From positions 38,039 to 102,038 of the forward strand of contig DUBO01000050.1 of assembly GCA_012960245.1 (NCBI GenBank): a stretch of DNA of 64,000 bases, given 5' to 3'. The DNA comes from Candidatus Binatota bacterium (GTDB lineage: Bacteria; Desulfobacterota; Binatia; UBA1149). The notes below the pieces were generated by a model. It ran no database searches and had not been told where the DNA came from. It saw only the letters and a program-made list of their open reading frames with translations. The position numbers and the translations under genes are program-made. The first letter of the stretch is position 1. Each line of letters opens with the position of its first letter. Below are positions 10,958 through 21,931 of the stretch, one piece after another.

Positions 10958-12334
10958 GTGCCCGACTCAAATCAGACCGACGCCCCGATCAAGGGGATAG
11001 ACCAGCTCGTCGAATACTTTGAGGCCGGCTGTACACCGCGTGAGCAGTGGAAGGTGGGCGTAGAGTACGAGCAGCCCGTGGTCTACACGGCCAGCGGACA
11101 GGCAGTGACCTACGAGGGGCCCTCGGGCATAGGAGAACTGCTGTCCTTTTTTGCCCGCGAGTTCGGCTGGACACCGATAGAAGAAAACGGGCAGGTGATC
11201 GCCCTGCACGACAACAGGGCCTCGATCACCCTGGAGCCTGGAGGGCAGTTCGAGTTGTCGGGCGCCACCCTGTCCAGCCTGCACCAGGCCGAGAACGAAC
11301 TCAGCCGCCACCTCGAGCAAGTGAGCAGGGCCGGCCGCGAGCTCGGCCTTTCGTTTCTCGGGCTGGGCATATCTCCCAAAACCCCGCTGCCTCAAATGCC
11401 CTGGATGCCCAAGGGGCGCTACCGGGTAATGCGCGAGTTCATGCAGCGCACCGGCACGCTCGGCCACCGCATGATGCAGCAGACGGCCACCGTGCAATCC
11501 AACTTTGATTACTCGAACGAAGCCGACGCGCTGGCCAAGTTTCGCGTCGCGATGGCGGTGGCTCCGTTGCTGGTCGCGGTGTCTGCAAACTCGCCGGTCG
11601 TAGACGGTCGGCCCAGCGGTTACCGGAGCTACCGGGCACACGTGTGGAGCGATACCGACTCTGACCGCTGCGGCTACCTGCCCTTTGTTTTCAACAGCAA
11701 CTCCTTTTTCGCTTCTTACACCGACTACGCCCTCGACGTTCCCATGTACTTCGTGCTCCGGGGCGAGAACTGCGTGGATTCGGAAGGGCTGACCTTCCGG
11801 CAGTTCATGCAGAAGGGCGTGGCCGGAGAGCAGGCCACGATGGTCGACTGGACCTACCACCTGTCGACTGTATTTCCCGAAGTCAGGCTCAAAAACTGGA
11901 TCGAGGCACGCTCGGCCGACAACCAGCCTCCCCAGCTGATGCTGGCGACCCCGGCCCTGCTCAAGGGCCTGCTCTACGATGATGACTGCTTGCTGGCCGC
12001 GTGGGACCTGCTGAGGGATTGGCCGCTGGAACGCCTGGCCGAGCTGCACGAGGATGCCGCCCGCCTGGCGCTGTCAGCGAGGGTCAAAAAGCACACTCTT
12101 GGTCGCTACGGCCTCGAGTTGCTGGAAATCGCCCGTGAAGGCCTCAAGCGACAGGCCGGGGCCAATCCCGATGCCATCGATGCGCAGGGCCGCGACGAGA
12201 CACGCCATCTGGACAGCCTCGAAGACCTGCTCGTGGCTGGGCGCTGCCCGGCAGACGGGATCATCGAACTGTGGGAAGGGCCCTGGTCCGGGGACGTCGA
12301 CAAGCTGGTAGCCCAGGCCAACTGCGCCGGGTAG
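10958..12334 (+). CDS. gshA: glutamate--cysteine ligase, plant/alphaproteobacterial type (GCS2 family)
   Basis: 458 aa. KVGVEYEQPV..., LGISPK..MPWMPKGRYRVMREFMQ, QSNFDYSNEADALAKF, NSPVVDGRPSGYRSYRAHVWSDTD. This resembles plant-type gamma-glutamylcysteine synthetase. Confidence 0.75.
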   Translation: MPDSNQTDAPIKGIDQLVEYFEAGCTPREQWKVGVEYEQPVVYTASGQAVTYEGPSGIGELLSFFAREFGWTPIEENGQVIALHDNRASITLEPGGQFELSGATLSSLHQAENELSRHLEQVSRAGRELGLSFLGLGISPKTPLPQMPWMPKGRYRVMREFMQRTGTLGHRMMQQTATVQSNFDYSNEADALAKFRVAMAVAPLLVAVSANSPVVDGRPSGYRSYRAHVWSDTDSDRCGYLPFVFNSNSFFASYTDYALDVPMYFVLRGENCVDSEGLTFRQFMQKGVAGEQATMVDWTYHLSTVFPEVRLKNWIEARSADNQPPQLMLATPALLKGLLYDDDCLLAAWDLLRDWPLERLAELHEDAARLALSARVKKHTLGRYGLELLEIAREGLKRQAGANPDAIDAQGRDETRHLDSLEDLLVAGRCPADGIIELWEGPWSGDVDKLVAQANCAG

Positions 12335-12830
12335 TGGCCATTCCGCCATTTCTCCTAACCCCGTGCTGGAACGCGCTTTTCGCTCACCCCCCGTTCGGGT
12401 AGTGCAAAAAAATACCATTAGTGTGCAGAAACCTATTGACAGGTAGCGCATCAGGGTGGTTTATTAACGCCCATCGGGAGCGATTTTTTTCAGGGGTGAC
12501 CAGCCACCGGTTCTTCTACCCCCCCCTGCCCGAAAGGCCGCGTGATACGGGCCGGCAGAGATACAGGGGAGTTTTACAACAATAAACGGCCAGCCGGGTA
12601 CCGAAAGGATAAGGGCTGGAAAAAGCGGGCGCCACCCATGGCTCCAGGAAAACGATAGAACGAAGGTAAATAAGAGCTACTTATCATGAGGCTGAAACTA
12701 TTTCATGATATGTTATCTTCCAATACCTACGTAACTGGGGTTTAATAACGCCATGCATCATAGATGCTGAACTCTTAACGCGACCAGCTCGAAGTCCTGC
12801 CCCGGACTTTAAAACAGGGCGGACAGTTTC

Positions 12831-13244
12831 ATGAATTTATTTGAACCAGACACCTTGTTGCCGGCCCAGTTTTTTGCAGCTTTCACCCGTGAAGGCGGAA
12901 TGGTACGCGAGCGCAGGCTGATGCTTGCCGTGCTGCAGGACGCCGTAGAGTGCTACCAGAAATACGCCCTGGCCCGCGACCCACGTGGCAAGCTGCTTTT
13001 TGACGATGCCGCAGACTGGATAGACGCCGATGAGCGCGAATGGTCGTTCTCCTACGTCAACATCTGTGAAGTGCTTGGGCTCAATCCCGAATACATCCGC
13101 CGCGGGCTTTCGCGCTGGAGGCAGAGCAGGGCGCCGATCAAGCGCAACACCGCTCGCATCGTATCGCTGTTGGACCGCGAAGCGCTGTTGACGCAATTCG
13201 ACGAAGCCGAACCCGTTGCCGCTGAGTTGCAGGAAGCCTCCTGA
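12831..13244 (+). CDS. small acidic hypothetical protein (137 aa), paralog of CDS 55609-56103
   Basis: ATG start preceded by an ~500-bp ORF-free AT-rich leader and followed by a strong intrinsic terminator. Shares EPDT..PAQFF..RLMLAVLxDAv..fQ..W.D.DE.EWsFS..ICE.LgL.PeYiRRGLs.WR with the 164-aa protein at 55.6 kb. No known family recognised. Confidence 0.65.
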   Translation: MNLFEPDTLLPAQFFAAFTREGGMVRERRLMLAVLQDAVECYQKYALARDPRGKLLFDDAADWIDADEREWSFSYVNICEVLGLNPEYIRRGLSRWRQSRAPIKRNTARIVSLLDREALLTQFDEAEPVAAELQEAS

Positions 13245-13313
13245 GGCCCCCCCGAACGAGGCAACAGCTTTTTTTCGGCTGACGCAGAGCGTCTCAAAAC
13301 CGCAATTTAAAAG

Positions 13314-13346
13314 GCTGTCCCCCTTTGCAGGGGGGCAGCTTTTTTA
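13314..13346 (+). terminator. rho-independent terminator after the 137-aa gene
   Basis: gctgtccccc tttgca ggggggcagc hairpin (10-bp stem, one mismatch) followed by tttttta. Confidence 0.75.
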
Positions 13347-13388
13347 TTGTCTATTGACGACTCCCCCGCACCATGCTGACCTTGTCAT

Positions 13389-13883
13389 ATGGTTTGGCTA
13401 TTCAGAGCAGCGACAGCTACCACCCTGGCCGTACTCCTCTGCGCTGTAACGGCAACAGCCGAAACGGGCAGTCGCCCGGCCACCGCTCCAGGCGACCAAC
13501 AGGCGCTGGAACCCGACACCGCCGATATTGCAGAAAAGGCCTGGAGTGCCCTTGAGTACGACTCTGCAGCCCAGCGCAACTGGGCCACCGACCAGAAAGC
13601 CGTGCGCATGCATTTCGCTCGGACCCCGGACGAAGCAACACGGATGTTTCGCGAACAGTACGGACCCGACTCCATACTGACCCGCAGCGTTTCGGCGGTC
13701 GCGGTCATCACTAACGCGGCTGAACGCAGTGCCCAGCTACCGCTCGACAGCATCAACTCGGTTACCGAAAAAGTAAGCGGGGTGGCCCAGGAGATGGCCG
13801 GAATAGGCAGACTCCCGACTATAAAGCTGAAATCAAAGGTGGACAGCCACCATTTCGGAGTCAGCCTGACGACGAAGTGGTAA
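13389..13883 (+). CDS. secreted hypothetical protein
   Basis: ATG start. Signal peptide MVWLFRAATATTLAVLLCAVTATAETG, then a ~140-aa mature domain with no recognised motifs. Confidence 0.45.
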   Translation: MVWLFRAATATTLAVLLCAVTATAETGSRPATAPGDQQALEPDTADIAEKAWSALEYDSAAQRNWATDQKAVRMHFARTPDEATRMFREQYGPDSILTRSVSAVAVITNAAERSAQLPLDSINSVTEKVSGVAQEMAGIGRLPTIKLKSKVDSHHFGVSLTTKW

Positions 13884-15027
13884 GCGCCTGCGGGCGATTC
13901 CCGAGGCCGGCCGACTTGCCGTCTCCCTCGTCAACCGGGTCGCCGACCTGGTTGAATTGCGGCGACTCGCCGAGGTCTTCTTCGGGCCAATCAACATAAC
14001 CAACGTCGGTAGGAATACCGTTCATGGCCTCGATCGCTGCCTCGAGTAGTTCGGGGTCAACGTGGGCCACGACCCCCATTTTTTTTATCAACTCGTTTGC
14101 CGTCGCCCAGGCTCCGGGCTGCAGCCCGTAAATGTCCTCGTGCACTTCGACCAGCACACGGCCACGGCGAAGCCCCACCTTGACCGGCTGGTAGGTAAAA
14201 CGCCCCTTCGAGCCGACCTTGATGAGTGGAAACACCGCCTCGATGTCTTCGGGGTACAAGCGCACACAACCGTGACTGACCTGCATACCCACTCCCCAGG
14301 TCTTGTTGGTGCCGTGGATGGCGTAGGAGGGCAGGGTGAGCTCTATGCGGTGACGGCCCAGCGGGTTTTCAGGGTCCCCCCCGGCAATGGTGAAATCCCT
14401 GCGGCCGAGTTCTTTCAAACGCTCAGCGCGAATTGACGCCGGTATCACCCAGGTCGGGTTCGTGGTCTTACCGCGCACCCGGAAATCGGCCTCCGGCGTC
14501 TGCCAGCCCTGCCGCCCAAGACCAACCGGGTAAGTGATCACCGTTGACGAACGCGCACCCTTGCGCGGCGAGGGCAGGTAGTAGTACAGCCTCATCTCCG
14601 GGATGTTAACCACCAGTCCTTCGTAGCGACCACTGGGCAGGATCCACTCTGACGGCAGTAGCAGGTCCACCCCCCCGTCGGGCAGCCAGGGGTCGACTAC
14701 CGGGTTGGCCCCGAGGATTTCGTTGTACCCGAGGTCGTACTGCCGGGCGAGTTCAAGCAGGGTATCGCCGCCCACCACGCGGTGAGTATGGCTGCTACCC
14801 ACCACGGTCTGCGTGCCCTGCGAGCCCTTGTCGAGACCGGAAACGAAAAAGTGGCTGACGATCTCGCGGGGAGGCCAGCCCTTCTCTTCAAAACCGCGGG
14901 GCTCCACATCGACTCGCTCGTCGATCAAAGCAGCGGTCTCCGCCCTGGCAGAACGGCTGAGCAGCGGCGCGGCTGCCAGCAACAAGCCCGCCACCAGCAG
15001 TATTCTTCTCAGCGGGGTCAGTCGCAT
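13861..15027 (-). CDS. L,D-transpeptidase (YkuD/ErfK family) with LysM domain
   Basis: Signal peptide. LysM segment HRVVGGDTLLELARQYDLGYNEILGANP. Catalytic YkuD segment RIELTLPSYAIHGTNKTWGVGMQVSHGCVRLYPEDIEAVF (His...SHGC). Confidence 0.8.
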   Translation of the reverse strand: MRLTPLRRILLVAGLLLAAAPLLSRSARAETAALIDERVDVEPRGFEEKGWPPREIVSHFFVSGLDKGSQGTQTVVGSSHTHRVVGGDTLLELARQYDLGYNEILGANPVVDPWLPDGGVDLLLPSEWILPSGRYEGLVVNIPEMRLYYYLPSPRKGARSSTVITYPVGLGRQGWQTPEADFRVRGKTTNPTWVIPASIRAERLKELGRRDFTIAGGDPENPLGRHRIELTLPSYAIHGTNKTWGVGMQVSHGCVRLYPEDIEAVFPLIKVGSKGRFTYQPVKVGLRRGRVLVEVHEDIYGLQPGAWATANELIKKMGVVAHVDPELLEAAIEAMNGIPTDVGYVDWPEEDLGESPQFNQVGDPVDEGDGKSAGLGNRPQALTTSSSG

Positions 15028-16868
15028 ACCATCAACCTGCAGGAGGCCGGCAGAAGCTTAGGCAACTTCTTCAGTACTTGTCCGCGAAACACCCTGTAGG
15101 GCAACGAGCGCCCATTTATGCCGGTCACAAGGCAGTTCACCTCAAGCTCTCGCGCGGCCCGGGCCAGCCCCTCGGGCACGGTGTAAGTCGTGGTCCAGAT
15201 GGGTATCACCTGCACCCCCGCCGCCGCGGCCTGCCTGGCCGCAGAGGTGAGCGATTGTATCCCTTCTTCACTCGGAAGAGGGTCTTCTTTGCCGTACAGC
15301 ATTCCGGGCCACTCCTCGACGTAAATGCAGTATAGCGCGTTTTCACCCATACCCTTCACCCTCGCGAGCGCCTCCGCCACTACCCCGGTGCTTTCCCCGC
15401 GTACGGCCACAAGGGTCGAACTGTTGTACAGCGGCTTCAAATCCGCCGCCATCGCGAGATTGACTATCTCTGCCTGTATCTCAGGGGCGTGGGCCTCGCC
15501 CCGTTCCGACCTGCGATGGTCTTCGCGCGACACCGACGGAATGTGATGGATCGCTTCTTTAATCCAACCCTCCCTCAGTGCGATGCCGTAGATCATGCCG
15601 GCGGTGGCTATGCCCCCACCAAAGGCAGTGGCCAGTGGTTTTTCTACTATGTTCACCAGCCAGGCCACCACCACCATCGCGGTTGGCACCAGGCCCAGCA
15701 TGAATACCCAACCACGCTTCCTGTCGCGCCAGCGCAGAAGGTCGAGCCCACCCGACTCGATGGTAAACGCGCCCAGCAGGCCGAAGGCGTACATATCGCC
15801 CAGCACGCCCATCTCACCCTGCGTCACCAGCACAATCACGACGGGCACGATGGTGGCCACCAGTATGGCTATGTGCGGAGTGTTGAAGCGCGGGTTACGC
15901 CGCATCATGCGCCGGGGAACGTAGTGCAACTCGGCCAGTTTCAAGAAAACGTGGTAGGCACCGATGATAGCCGTGTTGGCCGCGAACAGCAGCAGCGACG
16001 CAGCGGTGAACACCACCGCCGTCGACAAGAACTGCACGTTGGTCTGGGCCGCGAGGTCAGAGATGAAACGTTCGCTGCCCGGTATCGATACGTTGGCGCC
16101 CACTTTTGCCACCGACAGCAAGGTGAGCATGGGCGAGGTCAACAGTATGGTGATTATCACACCCACCATGGCGAACATGGCCGTGCGCTTGACCGGTTGC
16201 CGCAACACCGGCGACAGCTGGCTGATGCTCTCCAGTCCCGAAAAGGCTAACCACGCCGCTCCAAAACCGACCAACAGCTCCCGCATGCCCAACTCGCGAA
16301 AGCCGTTAAAAAGACTGAACAGTGTTTTCCAGCCCTCGAGATCGAGGCTGGTGAGCATGACCACCAGCACGACCATGTTGGTGAGGAAGGAGGCCACTGC
16401 CATCACCAGCGAGAGCCTCGCGCTCTCCCGCACGCCCACGATGTTGACCGCCGCCAGCAGCGCCAGCCCCAGGCAGGCAAAAGCCGGTACGTTGCTAGCC
16501 ACGGTCGGGAAAACACTCGACAGGTAATAAAAACCCGAAGTGGACGAGATCGCGCCGGTCAGGAAGAAATCCACCGTGATGAACATCCCGCCCAGGGCGC
16601 CCATTCGTTCCCCGAAGGCCATCTCGCCGATCGCCACCACGCCGCCGCCGTTGGGCGTGCGCTCCACGATCTCTATGTACTTGATAGAGATGAGCACAAA
16701 TCCCACCGAAGTGAGCAGAACGAAGAAAGGAGCGTTGGTGCCTACCAGTTCGAACAGTATGCCCGGCACGTAGTAGACCGATGTCCCGATATCACAGAAC
16801 ACCACGGCCCATGCCAGCAACCACGTAAGCTGCCGTGCGCCGTCCTGGGAAGAATTGGATGCAGCCAA
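15018..16868 (-). CDS. APC-family amino acid permease fused to a C-terminal universal stress protein (UspA-like) domain
   Basis: About 12 TM segments (LAWAVVFCDIGTSVYYVPGILF...). The C-terminal ~150 aa have a USP-like alpha/beta pattern (LVAVRGESTGVVAEALARVKG...ALYCIYVEE...VNCLVTGINGRS). Confidence 0.7.
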   Translation of the reverse strand: MAASNSSQDGARQLTWLLAWAVVFCDIGTSVYYVPGILFELVGTNAPFFVLLTSVGFVLISIKYIEIVERTPNGGGVVAIGEMAFGERMGALGGMFITVDFFLTGAISSTSGFYYLSSVFPTVASNVPAFACLGLALLAAVNIVGVRESARLSLVMAVASFLTNMVVLVVMLTSLDLEGWKTLFSLFNGFRELGMRELLVGFGAAWLAFSGLESISQLSPVLRQPVKRTAMFAMVGVIITILLTSPMLTLLSVAKVGANVSIPGSERFISDLAAQTNVQFLSTAVVFTAASLLLFAANTAIIGAYHVFLKLAELHYVPRRMMRRNPRFNTPHIAILVATIVPVVIVLVTQGEMGVLGDMYAFGLLGAFTIESGGLDLLRWRDRKRGWVFMLGLVPTAMVVVAWLVNIVEKPLATAFGGGIATAGMIYGIALREGWIKEAIHHIPSVSREDHRRSERGEAHAPEIQAEIVNLAMAADLKPLYNSSTLVAVRGESTGVVAEALARVKGMGENALYCIYVEEWPGMLYGKEDPLPSEEGIQSLTSAARQAAAAGVQVIPIWTTTYTVPEGLARAARELEVNCLVTGINGRSLPYRVFRGQVLKKLPKLLPASCRLMVCD

Positions 16869-16898
16869 CTGACCAGCGGGGCAAAGACCGTCGGCTAC

Positions 16899-18998
16899 TC
16901 AGGCCTGCTCGAGCTGCAACAGCAGCTCTTCGCGACCGGTCACCGGGGCCGAACACGACGTGCCCCGGCAAAGCCAGGCCGTCGGAACTCCCTCAGCACT
17001 ATTTTTACCGCGAACAGGAGCTGGGAGCCAGCTTTCGCCTGTGCCATCTGACAGGCATAGCACCTCGAGACCCGGCAGTGGCTGCGCGAGGGCCTCGGCG
17101 GTCAACGATCCGACCTCGCCCTGCAACGGCGCGGAGGGCAACGGCTTCTCGCCACGGATGACCAGCAAGGACCTGCCGCTGAGAGTCGCCAGGGTCCCCC
17201 CGAGCAGGGCCGCGCCACCGTGGGGGTTGGCCAGGGCGGTACCCAGCAGTGCCTCACGGGAACGTTCAGCCGCCTCGGACCAGTGCTCCTCGGCCGTGAA
17301 AAGATACAGCCTGTCGAGCAATTCCAGGGCAATCGCGTTGCCCGACGGGACCGCCGAATCCCAGGCTTCGCGGGTACGCGCAAGCGGGGTGTCGGCTCCC
17401 GCCTGGGAAAAATAGAACCCCCCCTCGGCGTGGGCAAAACGGTCGAGCAGGCCCTGCCCCAACCCCTTAGCTTCGTCGAGGAAGCGCGGTTGTGAAGTAG
17501 CCGTAAACAGTTCCAGGCAAGCTCGGCCCATGAAGGCGTAGTCGTCGAGGAAAGCCCCCACCCGCGCCGAGCCGCCGGCGTGCAGGTGCAACAGGCCACC
17601 GTCGCCGTCGCGCATCTGCGACAACACGAAATCGACCGCAGCCTGCGCGTCAGCAACCAGGTCAGCACGACCGGCTGCCCGGCCGGTGGCCGCCATCGCC
17701 GCTGCGGCCAGCCCGTTCCAGTCGGCCATCACCTTGTCGTCTCTCGTCGGAGCAACCCTGCCCTGCCGCCGTCCCAGCATGGCGGGCAGCACCCTGCCCA
17801 GAAGTTCCCGATCGTCGGCCGACGGCTCACCCGCGAGGGCCTCCAACCTGAGAACGTTGCCAGGCTCCGGGGCACCACCCCCTTCCCAGTTTCCGGCTTC
17901 GCTCACGTCGAGTAGTTCGCAAGCCCGGGCAAAGTCGGCCGGCGCCACCGCGTCGGCCAATTGATCGCGGGTCCAGGTATAAAAAATGCCCTCCACGCCT
18001 TCGCTGTCGGCGTCCAGGGTCGCCGCAAAACCACCGCCCGGCAAGCGCATATCACGCCTTAGCCAGTCAAGGGTGGAAACCGCGACCTCGAGATACCGCC
18101 CTTGGCCCGTCAGTTTCCAGGCGCCGAGGTAGCTGGCCGCCAGCGAAGCCTGATCGTAAAGCATCTTTTCAAAATGGGGCACGTGCCACACCCGGTCTAC
18201 CGAGTAGCGATGGAAGCCACCGCCCACGTGGTCGTGCAAGCCACCGTCGGCCATCGAGTCCCAGCTCAGCCGCAGTAATGCGCGGCGCTTATCGTCGGGC
18301 TCGTGCGCCTCGGCTGTCGCGAGCAGGTCAAGCGCGCTGCAGGACGGAAACTTAGGCTGGCTGCCAAAACCCCCGTGCTCACCGTCCACGCTTTCGAGCA
18401 GGCCATCGGCCACGCGCAGCAAGCCGTCGGCGTCAACGGCGCGAGCGGCACCCCTGTCGCTCACCAATTCACGCCGCAACCAATCCGCGGTCTTGCCGGC
18501 ACTTTCGCTGACCTCGTCGCGTCGGTCGTTCCAGGCCCTGGCCACTCCCGCCAGCACCCGGCCAAAACCAGGCAGCTGGCCGCGGTCCTCAGGCGGAAAA
18601 TACGTACCGGCGTAAAACGGCTCGAGACCAGGAGTCAGAAAAACCGTCATCGGCCAGCCGCCGTGACCGGTCATGGCCTGCACCGCGCGCATGTAGAGTT
18701 GGTCAAGGTCAGGACGTTCTTCACGGTCGACCTTGATGCACACGAACAGCTCGTTCATCTGCGCGGCCAGAGTCGGATTTTCGAAGGTCTCGCGTTCCAT
18801 GACGTGACACCAGTGACAGGCCGAGTAACCAATGCTCAGCAGGATCGGACGTTGTTCGCGCAACGAGCGGGCCAGTGCCGCCTCGCCCCAGGGTTGCCAG
18901 GCCACGGGGTTCTCCGCGTGTTGCTGAAGGTAGAGGCTGGGCTCCCCCGAAAGGCGATTATGCGCGGTCTGCGCAAGCGAAGACGTGGTCATCGCCAA
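16899..18998 (-). CDS. thioredoxin-domain protein (DUF255/YyaL family, SPATA20-like)
   Basis: [69 protein letters not shown]-terminal thioredoxin-like module, then a six-hairpin-glycosidase-like C-terminal region. Confidence 0.8.
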   Translation of the reverse strand: MAMTTSSLAQTAHNRLSGEPSLYLQQHAENPVAWQPWGEAALARSLREQRPILLSIGYSACHWCHVMERETFENPTLAAQMNELFVCIKVDREERPDLDQLYMRAVQAMTGHGGWPMTVFLTPGLEPFYAGTYFPPEDRGQLPGFGRVLAGVARAWNDRRDEVSESAGKTADWLRRELVSDRGAARAVDADGLLRVADGLLESVDGEHGGFGSQPKFPSCSALDLLATAEAHEPDDKRRALLRLSWDSMADGGLHDHVGGGFHRYSVDRVWHVPHFEKMLYDQASLAASYLGAWKLTGQGRYLEVAVSTLDWLRRDMRLPGGGFAATLDADSEGVEGIFYTWTRDQLADAVAPADFARACELLDVSEAGNWEGGGAPEPGNVLRLEALAGEPSADDRELLGRVLPAMLGRRQGRVAPTRDDKVMADWNGLAAAAMAATGRAAGRADLVADAQAAVDFVLSQMRDGDGGLLHLHAGGSARVGAFLDDYAFMGRACLELFTATSQPRFLDEAKGLGQGLLDRFAHAEGGFYFSQAGADTPLARTREAWDSAVPSGNAIALELLDRLYLFTAEEHWSEAAERSREALLGTALANPHGGAALLGGTLATLSGRSLLVIRGEKPLPSAPLQGEVGSLTAEALAQPLPGLEVLCLSDGTGESWLPAPVRGKNSAEGVPTAWLCRGTSCSAPVTGREELLLQLEQA

Positions 18999-19103
18999 GC
19001 ATAGTCATAGACTTAGAAAGTCCACAATCGCGGAGAACAGTCGAATTTCGCGAGTGGATTTCGCCGAGCCGGCTTACGGGCGTCCGGATCTGGCCTGCCC
19101 GAG

Positions 19104-19499
19104 TCAGCTCACGCCCAGCCGTGTCTCGGCCAGCTTGAGAGCCAGCAGCGCAGCCTCGGTGGCAGCGGTATCAGCCGCCGGATCGTCGAGTGTCGCCTGG
19201 GCCTGGTCACGGTCCCGGGCTGCCGCTTCGGCGTCAATTTCGCCTGCCGGTTGGGCGCTGTCAGCGAGTACGGTGACTATATCGCCCACGACCTCGGCGT
19301 ATCCGCCGCTCACTACGAGCTCGTGATTGTCACCCTTTGCGTCGGTGTAACTGAGCACACCGGTGTCCAGTCCGCCAAGAAAAGTAACGTGCTCGGGCAG
19401 TACACCGAACTCCCCGGCGACACCCGGAGCCGTGAGCTCACTGACCTCGGTATCGGCGAGGACCCTTTCCGGGGTCACTATGCGAAGGCGAAGGTTCAC
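19104..19499 (-). CDS. atpC: F0F1 ATP synthase subunit epsilon
   Basis: MNLRLRIVTPERVLADTEVSELTAPGVAGEFGVLPEHVTFL, typical epsilon. Confidence 0.9.
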   Translation of the reverse strand: MNLRLRIVTPERVLADTEVSELTAPGVAGEFGVLPEHVTFLGGLDTGVLSYTDAKGDNHELVVSGGYAEVVGDIVTVLADSAQPAGEIDAEAAARDRDQAQATLDDPAADTAATEAALLALKLAETRLGVS

Positions 19500-19500
19500 G

Positions 19501-20988
<1,488 letters not shown>

Positions 20989-21882
20989 TTAACCGTTGAG
21001 TGCCTCGGCTCCGGCGATGATCTCCATGAGTTCACCGGTAATCGTTGCCTGCCTCGCCTTGTTCATCTGCAGTGTCAGCGCGTCCATCATCTCGCCGGCA
21101 TTACGCGTGGCGCTGTCCATTGCCGTCATACGCGCGCCGTGTTCACTCGCCGCCCCTTCGAGCATCGCCTGGTAGACGGTGGTCTCCAGGTAACGGGGCA
21201 ACAGGCCCGCCAGCAGCTCCTCGGCCCCCGGCTCAAACAGGTAGTCTGTCGCCTCATCGTCGTTCTCGGCGCTTCCAGCGGCGCCGTCCTGCTGCGACGA
21301 TGCCTCCCCTCGGTCGATGGGCAGTATCTGCCGGGTGCGGACTATCTGGGTCATGGCCGATTTGAACTCCGAGTAAACCAGGTACACCGAGCCGGCGTCG
21401 CCCTCGGTAAACAAGCGGGCAGCCTCGGCTGAAACTTCACGCGCGAGCTCCAGGCTCACCCCGCCAGGTACGTTGACGTGCGCAGTCAAAACACGGTCGC
21501 TGCGCTTCTTAAAATAGTCATTGCCCCGCCGCCCACAAACGGTGAGCGAAGCACCCTTTCCCTGCTCAGACGCCATGAAAGCCTCTGCGGCCTTGGAAAG
21601 GTTGCTGTTGTAGGCTCCGCAAAGTCCACGGTCCGACGTGATCAGCAGCACGTGCACCGGCGCGTCGCTACCCTCGCCCAGAAATGGGTGCGAGGAAGCC
21701 TCGACCCTGTTGGCCAGGTTGGCCAGCAGCGACTGAAGCTTTTCAGAATACGGGCGCGACGCGGCCACCTGGTCTTCCGCCCTGCGCAGCTTGGCGGCCG
21801 ACACCATCTTCATGGCCCGCGTTATCTGCTGGGTGCTGCGCACCGAAGAGATGCGCTTACGGATGTCTTTGAGGTTGGCCAT
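20989..21882 (-). CDS. atpG: F0F1 ATP synthase subunit gamma
   Basis: MANLKDIRKRISSVRSTQQITRAMKMVSAAKLRRA N-terminus and a C-terminal conserved helix. Confidence 0.9.
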   Translation of the reverse strand: MANLKDIRKRISSVRSTQQITRAMKMVSAAKLRRAEDQVAASRPYSEKLQSLLANLANRVEASSHPFLGEGSDAPVHVLLITSDRGLCGAYNSNLSKAAEAFMASEQGKGASLTVCGRRGNDYFKKRSDRVLTAHVNVPGGVSLELAREVSAEAARLFTEGDAGSVYLVYSEFKSAMTQIVRTRQILPIDRGEASSQQDGAAGSAENDDEATDYLFEPGAEELLAGLLPRYLETTVYQAMLEGAASEHGARMTAMDSATRNAGEMMDALTLQMNKARQATITGELMEIIAGAEALNG

Positions 21883-21931
21883 TGTAGTTTCCGGTCAGTT
21901 TTTCCTTGTTCCTGTTCAGCAGCGCGCCGGT

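Noticed and set aside
12686-12745. 19-codon mini-ORF (MRLKLFHDMLSSNTYVTGV) in the AT-rich leader
   Set aside because: No convincing SD and too short to assess. Kept only as a possibility within the leader finding.
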